A stretch of DNA of 34,430 nucleotides. Source: a virus (taxonomy: Duplodnaviria; Caudoviricetes). Location: positions 1 through 34,430 of IMG/VR virus record IMGVR_UViG_3300037760_000121; one strand, 5' to 3'. Numbering within the stretch: the first letter of the stretch is position 1; the number at the start of each line of letters is the position of its first letter. The notes beneath the pieces were generated by a model. The model did no database searches, was not told the DNA's origin, and saw only the letters and a program-made list of their open reading frames with translations. A program made the translations under genes and the position numbers. Positions 20,221-27,820 of this stretch are shown piece after piece.

Positions 20221-21414
20221 TTACATCTTTGTAAGATTTCCATTTATTTTAATCTCTAATGTTTTGTCAAGCGCTAACATTCGATCGATAATAACTTGAC
20301 AATATTTTGGCTCGAGTTCCATTCCATAACACTTTCTTTTAAGCTGATGAGCTGCTACCATAGTTGAACCACTTCCCAAAAATAAATCAAGCACGATATC
20401 GCCCGTTTTACTCGCGTCAGTAATAGCCTTCGCGCATAATTCGATGGGCTTCATTGTTGGATGTAAGTCATTCTTTTTAGTTCGCGGAATATTCCATACA
20501 TCAACGCCATTCTTGCCTCCATGAAAAATATGCTTATCAACCCAACCATAAAAAATATGTTCACATCGACTCATATAGTCACTATGACTAAGCGTATGAT
20601 TACCCTTGTCCCAGGTTATGAGTGCCCTAACTTGAAGCCCTGCTCTTTTCAGAGACTGAAAATATTCATCTAGCTTAAATCTATAAAAGCATATATAAAA
20701 AGCTCCCTTCACAAATAATATTATAGTTGCATTAATTGCGTCCAAAAAATCAAGTGAGTATTCTTCGCTCATTTTGTCATTTTTGATTGCTCCGTGACTT
20801 CCGCTAAAAGATTTTTTTCCTCCATCTGTATTACCTCCCTCAAAATTCATAAGATATGGAGGGTCAGTAAAAAGCATTGTCGCTTTTACTCCGCGCATTA
20901 ATTTATCAACATCATCAATATTGGTACTGTCGCCGCACACTAACCTATGCTCACCAATTTCAATCAGGTCGCCGATAACGATATCAGTTTTAACCCCTTC
21001 ATTAACATCAAAATCATCTTCAACAACTTCCTCATCTTCGCAAATTGTCAATTCAGGAAGATCAAGACCCCACTCTGACAAATCTTCAACATCAAAATCA
21101 GCAAGCAACGCGTCAATATCCCACTCACCAAAACCGACGTTATCTTTTATAATAAATTCTTTTTTCTGTTCAGCGCTTAACTCATTCGCATAAATAACTT
21201 CAACTTCTTTAAGACCTGCATCTTTTGCAGCCTTGTAGCGCATATTGCCGCCCAAAATTACACCATCTTCATCGACGACGATGGGACGTAATCCCAGCAT
21301 CCATCCAGCCTCTTTTATACTTTTCACTAGTTTTTTAAAAGCATCGTCTTTAATCAACCTGGGATTTTTTGAATTAGGCTTTATGTCATTAATATTTACT
21401 TTCTTAATAATCAT
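20221..21414 (-). CDS. ParB/Srx-like domain fused to an amino (N6-A/N4-C) DNA methyltransferase
   Basis: N-terminal NPR...LVKSI...RPIVVD....LGGN.R; MTase motifs DPPY, HPTMKP and VLDLFLGSGST (beta-class order). Confidence 0.92.
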   Translation of the reverse strand: MIIKKVNINDIKPNSKNPRLIKDDAFKKLVKSIKEAGWMLGLRPIVVDEDGVILGGNMRYKAAKDAGLKEVEVIYANELSAEQKKEFIIKDNVGFGEWDIDALLADFDVEDLSEWGLDLPELTICEDEEVVEDDFDVNEGVKTDIVIGDLIEIGEHRLVCGDSTNIDDVDKLMRGVKATMLFTDPPYLMNFEGGNTDGGKKSFSGSHGAIKNDKMSEEYSLDFLDAINATIILFVKGAFYICFYRFKLDEYFQSLKRAGLQVRALITWDKGNHTLSHSDYMSRCEHIFYGWVDKHIFHGGKNGVDVWNIPRTKKNDLHPTMKPIELCAKAITDASKTGDIVLDLFLGSGSTMVAAHQLKRKCYGMELEPKYCQVIIDRMLALDKTLEIKINGNLTKM

Positions 21415-21787
21415 CTCTACTTATTGCCTTTTCATTCTTAAAAAGTTCATCGAAAATATGTATATATCTAACATGCTTATCCTTAAACTTTTTATGATGT
21501 TCATCAATTTTATCAAACTCTAGTTTATTAATATCTAACATTTTGTAACTAATAACAAGCCAATCGCCTGTATAATTCCGAATCACTAAACGATAATTAA
21601 TATCAAGTACATACATTTCATATATTTCATAAATCTTCTGCGACCTACGAAAATAATCCGTTGGCGACCAAGCTGACGACCAAGCAAGTTTTAAACCGTC
21701 CACTTTTTTTCTGTACTTGTTTTCTACAAGCATTGTTTTTTTTATGCTGCCTGATTGTTTGTCTAAATACCATTGTCCTCTAAACAT
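21404..21787 (-). CDS. Hypothetical early protein (paralogue family A)
   Basis: ORF preceded by GGAG; shares the YRLV...LDINK.EF motif with three other ORFs. Confidence 0.7.
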   Translation of the reverse strand: MFRGQWYLDKQSGSIKKTMLVENKYRKKVDGLKLAWSSAWSPTDYFRRSQKIYEIYEMYVLDINYRLVIRNYTGDWLVISYKMLDINKLEFDKIDEHHKKFKDKHVRYIHIFDELFKNEKAISRDDY

Positions 21788-21795
21788 CGTCTCCG

Positions 21796-22047
21796 TTACC
21801 TTTCAAATATTTTTGAAATAGTTCTTGCAGCTTTCTCAAGTTTAGAATCTATTGAAAGCGCGAGATGACAAAACTCATCAACTTCGTTATCATGCAGTTC
21901 TTTAAAAGAATATTCAACACTATCTTTAACAGATTTTTTTCTCACTAAATAGTAACCGTCAATCATTTCATAAAGCTCACAATCTAAGCATTTATTAACG
22001 TATCTACCCGTTTTTCTTATAAAACTATATCTTTCAAGATCTTTCAT
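21796..22047 (-). CDS. Hypothetical early protein (paralogue family B)
   Basis: First gene after promoter P1, with an AAGGTGA RBS; similar to 23548..23838. Confidence 0.75.
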   Translation of the reverse strand: MKDLERYSFIRKTGRYVNKCLDCELYEMIDGYYLVRKKSVKDSVEYSFKELHDNEVDEFCHLALSIDSKLEKAARTISKIFER

Positions 22048-22079
22048 AAATCACCTTTTTGTTGTTGTTATTAAGTTTA

Positions 22080-22108
22080 ATTATATGATATCTTAATATC
22101 ATTGTCAA
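22080..22108 (-). promoter_or_regulatory. Early promoter P1 with palindromic spacer
   Basis: TTGACA-atgatattaagatatca(17)-TATAAT. Confidence 0.85.
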
Positions 22109-22135
22109 TCATTATTTACATTTTTTTATTAAAAG

Positions 22136-22447
22136 TTAACGCACAATTTCTTCAATAGTAACAGCGCCCACAACATCTTGACCAACCGTTATTAATTGCC
22201 TTAAATAGTCATTGCTATCTATCTTACATTTACGCAACAGACCTTCAAGCATAATGCCTTCTGGCAACAACCCTTCAAAAAATGGGGGAAATTTGTTAAA
22301 TTTATAAATCCTATTTGATAGAGGCATAGTTAGCGAAACAGGCTCACCCTGATAATCAGCATGGTAAGAAAATTTATATTTTCCGCCCTTTAATTGTTCT
22401 AATATTCCGGCTTTAATGTTATGAACTAATATTTGTGCTTTTGTCAT
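22136..22447 (-). CDS. hipS: Stand-alone HipA N-terminal (couple_hipA) domain protein, i.e. HipS-like antitoxin
   Basis: 103 aa with AG.L....Y.F.Y...Y....VSLTMP, PPFFEGLLPEG and L..VG.D.VGAVT, the hallmark motifs of the HipA N-terminal/HipS family. No kinase gene in the genome. Confidence 0.9.
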   Translation of the reverse strand: MTKAQILVHNIKAGILEQLKGGKYKFSYHADYQGEPVSLTMPLSNRIYKFNKFPPFFEGLLPEGIMLEGLLRKCKIDSNDYLRQLITVGQDVVGAVTIEEIVR

Positions 22448-22452
22448 AATTG

Positions 22453-22869
22453 CTAGTCACTTAACATTACACTTAATGTTACATTTAACATTACATTTTT
22501 TGCATTTTTTGCATTTTTTACATTTTTTGCAATTTTAGATTTTCTTAATCTTCTTAATTCTCTTATTTTGCTACTAATTATTAGATCTCTCTCCTCTTTA
22601 ATAAAAAATACAATAATCCAACATAAAACAGCCCAAAAAATTAAACTTATTAAAATAGTAAAACCATTTAAGAAAACCTCAACAACACTCATGTCAAACC
22701 AATCTAATGTAAAAAAAAGCGATATAAATAAAGCTGCTGTTAAAATATAAAAAATTATTACCCATTTTATGTTAAAAATGGGTGAATGATCGTAATCATC
22801 ATAATCAATACCCTCCATGTTTTGCCTAATCTTTCGCATACATTTTTTTAATTTTAACGCTTTTGTCAT
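22453..22869 (-). CDS. Membrane protein with two TM segments (start possibly at 22818) and a low-complexity C-terminal repeat
   Basis: Two long hydrophobic stretches; basic tail KNVKNAKNAKNV encoded by 9-bp repeats. Confidence 0.7.
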   Translation of the reverse strand: MTKALKLKKCMRKIRQNMEGIDYDDYDHSPIFNIKWVIIFYILTAALFISLFFTLDWFDMSVVEVFLNGFTILISLIFWAVLCWIIVFFIKEERDLIISSKIRELRRLRKSKIAKNVKNAKNAKNVMLNVTLSVMLSD

Positions 22870-23188
22870 TACTAACTCCCAAACTTCTTAAGTATTGAAT
22901 ACCTTTGCTAACACCCAAACAATGCAAATAATTGCCAGAACAGCTCTCGTCTAGCACACCATAATCTTCTTTATTAATATAAAGACAGTCGGCAAAAACC
23001 ATCTCGACATACTCATTACATTCAGTTATATAACTTACAAGTTTATAACGATCGTCATCAACGATATATCTTTCAATCGTTACTTCTATAGAATCATCTG
23101 CTATTGTCAAATCATCCATAAACTCCAAGCCATCTATCATTTGCTGATGCTTCTTTTCTAATTCATTCATGCTATTAATCCTCTTCAA
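22826..23188 (-). CDS. Hypothetical early protein (paralogue family A)
   Basis: TIERYIVDDDRYKLV...LYINKEDY. Confidence 0.75.
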   Translation of the reverse strand: MKRINSMNELEKKHQQMIDGLEFMDDLTIADDSIEVTIERYIVDDDRYKLVSYITECNEYVEMVFADCLYINKEDYGVLDESCSGNYLHCLGVSKGIQYLRSLGVSNDKSVKIKKMYAKD

Positions 23189-23453
23189 ATAAATCAGCTA
23201 CAGCAGAAAAAAACAACGAATCAATTTCATAATCATCACGTAACTGAGCATAATCATCAATTTTAATATCTATGTAATTGATTTCTCCTGAAAAATTACC
23301 GCACGCATTTGTTGTATATTTCACTAATCTATAAGTATCATTATTTAAAATGCGCTTTTCAATAGTCATGTTATTTAAACTTATATTTCCAACATATCCT
23401 AAAAAAGTTAAATTTCCGCACACTTTTTTAAATACTTTGTCTAATCTACTCAT
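23175..23453 (-). CDS. Hypothetical early protein (paralogue family A)
   Basis: TIEKRILNNDTYRLV...IDIKIDDY; AAGGA RBS; first gene after P2. Confidence 0.75.
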   Translation of the reverse strand: MSRLDKVFKKVCGNLTFLGYVGNISLNNMTIEKRILNNDTYRLVKYTTNACGNFSGEINYIDIKIDDYAQLRDDYEIDSLFFSAVADLFEED

Positions 23454-23504
23454 TTTGTTATCCTTGTTTTATTATTTTTTTTAATGCATCGTTGCATTAA
23501 ATTA

Positions 23505-23533
23505 AGTATATGATAATGAATTATCATTGTCAA
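23505..23533 (-). promoter_or_regulatory. Early promoter P2 with palindromic spacer
   Basis: TTGACA-atgataattcattatca(17)-TATACT. Confidence 0.85.
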
Positions 23534-23547
23534 CATTTAATTACTAT

Positions 23548-23838
23548 CTATACAAAATATTTTTTTAGCATATTAAGTATCTCAATATCGTTCATCACTT
23601 CGCTGTTTATTATTTGACAATAATCAAAAACTTTTTCTTGAGTAAGTTCTTGTATATGTATACATGCCTTTATCGTATGTTCGCAACATACTTTCACACA
23701 GAAATAACTTTCTCTTGTCTTGTAAAGAGAGAAAGTTATTTCTGGGTCGTAAGCCGGATCGTGAATATCACTATATGAAAAACTTCTTATAAAACAACCT
23801 GTTTCTTTTATCCATTTAAATTTTTCTATTGCATTCAT
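23548..23838 (-). CDS. Hypothetical early protein (paralogue family B)
   Basis: AGAGG RBS; aligns by eye with 21796..22047. Confidence 0.75.
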   Translation of the reverse strand: MNAIEKFKWIKETGCFIRSFSYSDIHDPAYDPEITFSLYKTRESYFCVKVCCEHTIKACIHIQELTQEKVFDYCQIINSEVMNDIEILNMLKKYFV

Positions 23839-23857
23839 TTTATTTCCTCTTTGTTAA

Positions 23858-24394
23858 CTATCCTAAATTACCTAATTTTTTTATAGAATTATCTGACACA
23901 AGTCGAACAGCATTAGACGGATTCTTTATGTAATCAATTGCATGCCCATTTTGAGCTACTGCAACTAACTGAACTTTTTCAGATGGATTTTGAATGCCGC
24001 CAAGCGCATTTCCTGCACCATTTACTGCAATTAACTGAAACTCTTCTGAAGGGTTATTAATAAATCTTATAGTATAAGGGTTTCTTTTTATAGCTAATAA
24101 TTGAACTGCTTTAGTAGCATGCTTAATGCTTTTTAATGCTGCTGCTACTTGTTCTACAGCAATGAGTTGTAATTTTTCAGACGGGTTATTTATATAACGA
24201 ATACTGTACCCGTTGCGCCGCAACATTGCTATCTGCAATTTTTCGCTAGGATTCTTAATATAACGATAAGCTGTATTAGTCTGTTGTAAAGCTATTTCTT
24301 TTGCAACCTCGCAAGGATTTAATATATATTGAATATATTGCCCGCATACAGATACCTTTTTAATCTGCTCTTCTTCTGTTAATTTGATCTTCAT
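23858..24394 (-). CDS. Tandem helical-repeat protein (about 7 x 22 aa; DUF4116-like)
   Basis: Repeats of the form SEKxQLxAVxxNGxAIxYIxNP. Confidence 0.8.
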   Translation of the reverse strand: MKIKLTEEEQIKKVSVCGQYIQYILNPCEVAKEIALQQTNTAYRYIKNPSEKLQIAMLRRNGYSIRYINNPSEKLQLIAVEQVAAALKSIKHATKAVQLLAIKRNPYTIRFINNPSEEFQLIAVNGAGNALGGIQNPSEKVQLVAVAQNGHAIDYIKNPSNAVRLVSDNSIKKLGNLG

Positions 24395-24424
24395 TTTACT
24401 ATCCTTTTGTTGTTATTAGATTTA

Positions 24425-24453
24425 ATTATCTGTCATTACATTATCATAGTCAA
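24425..24453 (-). promoter_or_regulatory. Early promoter P3
   Basis: TTGACT-atgataatgtaatgaca(17)-GATAAT. Confidence 0.7.
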
Positions 24454-24529
24454 CACTTTTTATATTTATTTTTAAATAAATTATTAACAGCAATTTAGTT
24501 TATTAAAAATATATTTATACATCAAATTA

Positions 24530-24558
24530 ATTATATGATAATACAGTAGCGTAGTCAA
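24530..24558 (-). promoter_or_regulatory. Early promoter P4
   Basis: TTGACT-acgctactgtattatca(17)-TATAAT. Confidence 0.75.
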
Positions 24559-24771
24559 TATTTTTATTATCTTTTTAAAATAATTTTTAGCGCACTATTT
24601 TATAAAAAATTGCATGTAATTTAATTATCCTAAATTATTTTTTAATATCGAATTTAACGCTCGCTAACGCGTTAAATATTCAACCCATACAAACGTACTA
24701 ACCTGCCTGCGATCGTCGAGCTACGCGCATTCAAAACGCCTTATACGCATATTTAAAAACATTATCGCGGC

Positions 24772-25632
24772 TCAAACTCGATTTATTGCATTTGATAACA
24801 ATTTGCTAAGTCTCAACCTGTTCTCGCTGCGCTCGTCGTCTGTCAATTCAGGAGCTGACGCAACTACAAAGCTATGACTAGCAACGCTTTCAAGCTTGTT
24901 TTGACTAAAATTTGAGCTGCTTTTAACGTACCCCAGCGGCTTTTTAAATGTGCATTTATCTACCAATTTTACAAACTGATTGAAAGCTTCTTGCTCAGAT
25001 AGATCTTTTTCCTTCATTCTCTTGACTATATGCCATTCAGCTTGTTCATAAAACTCACTAATTGTGTTTTGATCTATGGCCTTGGGCGGTGCTTGTTCAA
25101 AGTGGGTTTTTAACCTTTCATTAAGAGAAAAACCAACCAACAGGGATGGTTGTTGTTCACTCTGCTCTTCTGTGGGGGTAGGGGGTTGGTTAGTTATTTT
25201 ATTAGTTATTTTGTATATAAGGAGTGGAGGGGTCGACTTGGTACCATAGAGGTACCTAGTACTAGGTACCAAAGAGGTACCTAATGAGGATTCATTAGGT
25301 ACCATAGAGGTACCTAGTTGAGAGTTATCCACAGACCCAAGAGCAGAATGATTCTTATTTGATATATATGAATAATAGTTAATCCCCTTGTATATTTTTC
25401 GTGAAACTGTCGCCCCCTCAATTTTGATATAATTTTGATCAACTAGTTTATTTAAATCAATTTTTACCTGCTTAACTATGCACATATTTAACTCAGAAAG
25501 TTTTTTATTTTTGTATGTCACGTATTCTTGCTTATGTAAAAAACCATGGATGATTGAAAATAACATCTTTTGTCTTCTGTTCAAATTCTCATCATTAAAA
25601 ACATGATGAGGGATAGAATAATATCCGCTCAT
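24772..25632 (-). CDS. Replication initiator (N-terminal winged helix, lambda-O-like architecture)
   Basis: YYSIP..V..D..L....K.L...I wHTH N-terminus, central repeat linker (LGTSMVP/LGTSLVP), YKITNKIT motif; internal iterons. Confidence 0.82.
   Translation of the reverse strand: MSGYYSIPHHVFNDENLNRRQKMLFSIIHGFLHKQEYVTYKNKKLSELNMCIVKQVKIDLNKLVDQNYIKIEGATVSRKIYKGINYYSYISNKNHSALGSVDNSQLGTSMVPNESSLGTSLVPSTRYLYGTKSTPPLLIYKITNKITNQPPTPTEEQSEQQPSLLVGFSLNERLKTHFEQAPPKAIDQNTISEFYEQAEWHIVKRMKEKDLSEQEAFNQFVKLVDKCTFKKPLGYVKSSSNFSQNKLESVASHSFVVASAPELTDDERSENRLRLSKLLSNAINRV
25240..25333. repeat. Putative replication origin: three 19-bp iterons GGTACCA(T/A)AGAGGTACCTA plus a DnaA box
   Basis: Iteron copies at 25240-25258, 25265-25283 and 25298-25316; TTATCCACA at 25325-25333; AT-rich DNA on both sides. 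Confidence 0.8.
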
Positions 25633-25647
25633 TTTTTATATTACCTG

Positions 25648-25676
25648 TTGACTTTAACATTGATTTATTATAACAT
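25648..25676 (+). promoter_or_regulatory. Putative promoter for the first Cro-like gene, divergent from the initiator gene
   Basis: TTGACT-17-TAACAT; lacks the shared palindrome. Confidence 0.45.
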
Positions 25677-25706
25677 TAACTTACTATAAATTAATATGAT
25701 TATATT

Positions 25707-25922
25707 ATGACTGTTGACGATTTAAAAAAATACTTTGGCACAACTTATAAATTTGCGAAAGACACTGGATGTAATTCGAACAGCTGGTCAACATGGGAAA
25801 AATTAGGTTACATACCCGCTCGATCGCAATTAAAGCTTGAGAACATAACAGCTAGTAAGCTAGTTGCTGACTTGTCTGCTGAGCGTAATGCTATAAAAAA
25901 AAGTTTAGATATAGCAAGTTAA
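25707..25922 (+). CDS. Cro/YdaS-like HTH regulator 1
   Basis: KKYFG..Y.FA..TG......W...G.IP..SQ.KLE.IT...L.AD, a Cro-like pattern. Confidence 0.8.
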   Translation: MTVDDLKKYFGTTYKFAKDTGCNSNSWSTWEKLGYIPARSQLKLENITASKLVADLSAERNAIKKSLDIAS

Positions 25923-25990
25923 TTTATATTGAATCTTTGTGCTATTATATGATAATATACTAACACATTAATTAATTTAGTAGCTATATT

Positions 25991-26209
25991 ATGTTATTAC
26001 TAGACGTAAAAAAATATTTCGGCTCATCATATGCTTTTACAAAAAAAACCGGCTTTCATCACGCTAATTATAAAAATTGGGCAGAGCGCGGATATATTCC
26101 ACTTAATTCTCAAATTAAGCTTGAAAAAATTTCCAACGGAGCTATAAAAGCTAATATTGAGCACGTCAATATTAGCGACAATCAATTTTCTCCAAAAAAA
26201 ATAAAATAA
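25991..26209 (+). CDS. Cro/YdaS-like HTH regulator 2 (paralogue)
   Basis: Same pattern as 25707..25922. Confidence 0.8.
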   Translation: MLLLDVKKYFGSSYAFTKKTGFHHANYKNWAERGYIPLNSQIKLEKISNGAIKANIEHVNISDNQFSPKKIK

Positions 26210-26213
26210 AGCG

Positions 26214-26242
26214 TTGACATGCTTGCGATAACGCGTTATCAT
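26214..26242 (+). promoter_or_regulatory. Putative promoter with a different palindrome (GATAACGCGTTATC) overlapping the -10 element
   Basis: TTGACA-17-TATCAT, followed by an AAGGAG RBS and ORF 26292. Confidence 0.6.
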
Positions 26243-26291
26243 ATTTGTAAGTAACGACATGATGTTGTTATAAAACAAGGAGTAAATTATT

Positions 26292-26519
26292 ATGACTGTT
26301 TGGCATGATTTATATGAAAAGCAATACAGTTCAGCAGACTTACTATATAGAGCTGAGAGCTTTGAGAGAGAATCTAATAATGATAACGGCGGCTGCTCTA
26401 TTAGTAATTATTATGAAATGATACATAATCCGCTCAGCAGAGACGAAAAGCTCAACAAAATTCTTGAGCAGTTGCGCGAGCGATATCCTGCACAAAAAAT
26501 TTTAAGCTTTGACAAATAA
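26292..26519 (+). CDS. Hypothetical protein
   Basis: 75 aa with an AAGGAG RBS. Confidence 0.7.
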   Translation: MTVWHDLYEKQYSSADLLYRAESFERESNNDNGGCSISNYYEMIHNPLSRDEKLNKILEQLRERYPAQKILSFDK

Positions 26520-26533
26520 AAAGGAGAATTAAA

Positions 26534-26689
26534 ATGGATAATGATTTATTATTAACTGTTAAATATAATCTTGATAGACAACATAGTAATATAGCACATG
26601 ATAGCGTTGTATTGCTTGTAACTAGTATTATGTCTGTAGTCGCTGCAAGTCTTATGACTTTCACCACATTCTTATGTTTTTTTAAATAA
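26534..26689 (+). CDS. Small membrane protein, 51 aa (not in the ORF track)
   Basis: AAGGAG RBS; MDNDLLLTVKYNLDRQHSNIAHDSVVLLVTSIMSVVAASLMTFTTFLCFFK, with one C-terminal hydrophobic helix. Confidence 0.65.
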   Translation: MDNDLLLTVKYNLDRQHSNIAHDSVVLLVTSIMSVVAASLMTFTTFLCFFK

Positions 26690-26704
26690 AAAAAGGTTTT
26701 TAAA

Positions 26705-26905
26705 ATGGATCTAGTATTAATGTTAATTGTATTTGTTTCATGTGTTGCTGTATATTTTCGCGCATTTATGAAACTTGGTTTGTCGTTAACTGTGCCAGTT
26801 TTTTTATCAATAGCTCTGCTGCTCTGTAAGCAATATGATGCTTATATGTATGCCATAACGATCACCTCTCTTTTTTTATCAGTTTATTTATTTGTTGTTG
26901 AGTAG
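26705..26905 (+). CDS. Small membrane protein (about 3 TM segments, 66 aa)
   Basis: Almost entirely hydrophobic; AAGGT RBS. Confidence 0.65.
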   Translation: MDLVLMLIVFVSCVAVYFRAFMKLGLSLTVPVFLSIALLLCKQYDAYMYAITITSLFLSVYLFVVE

Positions 26906-26930
26906 TTTCCAAAACGGAAACTACTCTTTT
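26900..26930 (+). terminator. Intrinsic terminator between convergent genes
   Basis: GAGTAGTTTCC-aaaac-GGAAACTACTC (11-bp stem) followed by a T-run. Confidence 0.8.
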
Positions 26931-27282
26931 ATAACGCAGTATTATCTAAATATTGCGTTATAACTTCTTTAGCTTCGTCAAAACCTTTACAGACTTCAAC
27001 TTTATAATTTTGTTCAGATAATAAAGCTATATATTCTTTTTGCTCGCTGCTTAGACTACCGCCTTTTTTTCTCTTTAACTCAATCCAAAGCCCGTGCCAG
27101 TTTTTATTTGGCATAGCTAGAAACAAGTCGGGCACACCTTTGCGCGTACCTGTGCGCTTGAGAGCGAGCGCTGTAGTTATATGTCGATAGCCGCCGTTTG
27201 GTATAGCTATTAACAACTTGCCCCATTTTTGATAATTAGCCCAATTTATAAGCAACTGCTGTTCTTGCTGCTCAGTTAACAT
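26929..27282 (-). CDS. VRR-NUC nuclease (putative Holliday junction resolvase)
   Basis: E..EQ, AIPNGG.R, G...GVPDL, LWIELK and S.EQ motifs of the PD-(D/E)xK type. Confidence 0.9.
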   Translation of the reverse strand: MLTEQQEQQLLINWANYQKWGKLLIAIPNGGYRHITTALALKRTGTRKGVPDLFLAMPNKNWHGLWIELKRKKGGSLSSEQKEYIALLSEQNYKVEVCKGFDEAKEVITQYLDNTAL

Positions 27283-27691
27283 CTTTGCAGCTATTTATAA
27301 AATCGATCGAAAAAGGATTGAATGAATTTTCATGTTGAATGATTGCGGCAATAAGGTGATTAATTAAATTTTCTTCATGTAAGTTTGTTAAGCTTGTTAT
27401 ATTTTTATTAGATAATTTTTGAATATAAGCAACAACAGAAATTATATAGCTATTTGTTTGATTTTCGTGCATAGGTGCGAATCTATGTATAATGTCATGT
27501 GCGTTTACAGCGTTATATTTGCGAGCGTATACGTCTAACAATATATGTAATGCTCTTATACCATACTCGACTGCTTTAAAAGTTTCAAAATTGCTATCAT
27601 TGCCAACTATTTCACCAACCCAATCATTCCCCAACCTAATATTTCCCGGATTATTATTACGCAGTCCGCGCGGATTCTTTAAAAAATTCAT
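27272..27691 (-). CDS. P5-like lysozyme-fold protein (candidate endolysin)
   Basis: PRGLRNNNPGNIR, F.TF...EYGIRA, II.RFAP..EN.T..Y and AII.HE motifs. Confidence 0.75.
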   Translation of the reverse strand: MNFLKNPRGLRNNNPGNIRLGNDWVGEIVGNDSNFETFKAVEYGIRALHILLDVYARKYNAVNAHDIIHRFAPMHENQTNSYIISVVAYIQKLSNKNITSLTNLHEENLINHLIAAIIQHENSFNPFSIDFINSCKDVN

Positions 27692-27759
27692 TTAGGTTTA
27701 CCTTATTGTTTGCATTTAATTAATAATAGCATTTTTTATAAAATAAATGTATTTAATCG

Positions 27760-27788
27760 TTGACAATGATAATTGATTATCATATAAT
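27760..27788 (+). promoter_or_regulatory. Early promoter P5 with palindromic spacer
   Basis: TTGACA-atgataattgattatca(17)-TATAAT. Confidence 0.88.
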
Positions 27789-27820
27789 TATTTTTTAATA
27801 ATAAAAAAGGATAAAGTAAA

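Noticed and set aside
20221-21414. ParB-like domain as a plasmid partition system
   Set aside because: It is fused to a methyltransferase next to terS, a common phage arrangement. No ParA or parS array was seen.
158-21523. Many + strand ORFs in the track across the structural region (for example 587..988, 8405..8923, 15165..15605)
   Set aside because: They are antisense shadows of well-supported minus-strand genes, with no recognisable motifs.
25240-25316. GGTACC repeats as a mini CRISPR array
   Set aside because: Spacers are only 6 and 14 bp, the repeats are in frame inside the initiator gene, and there are no cas genes. Iterons explain them better.
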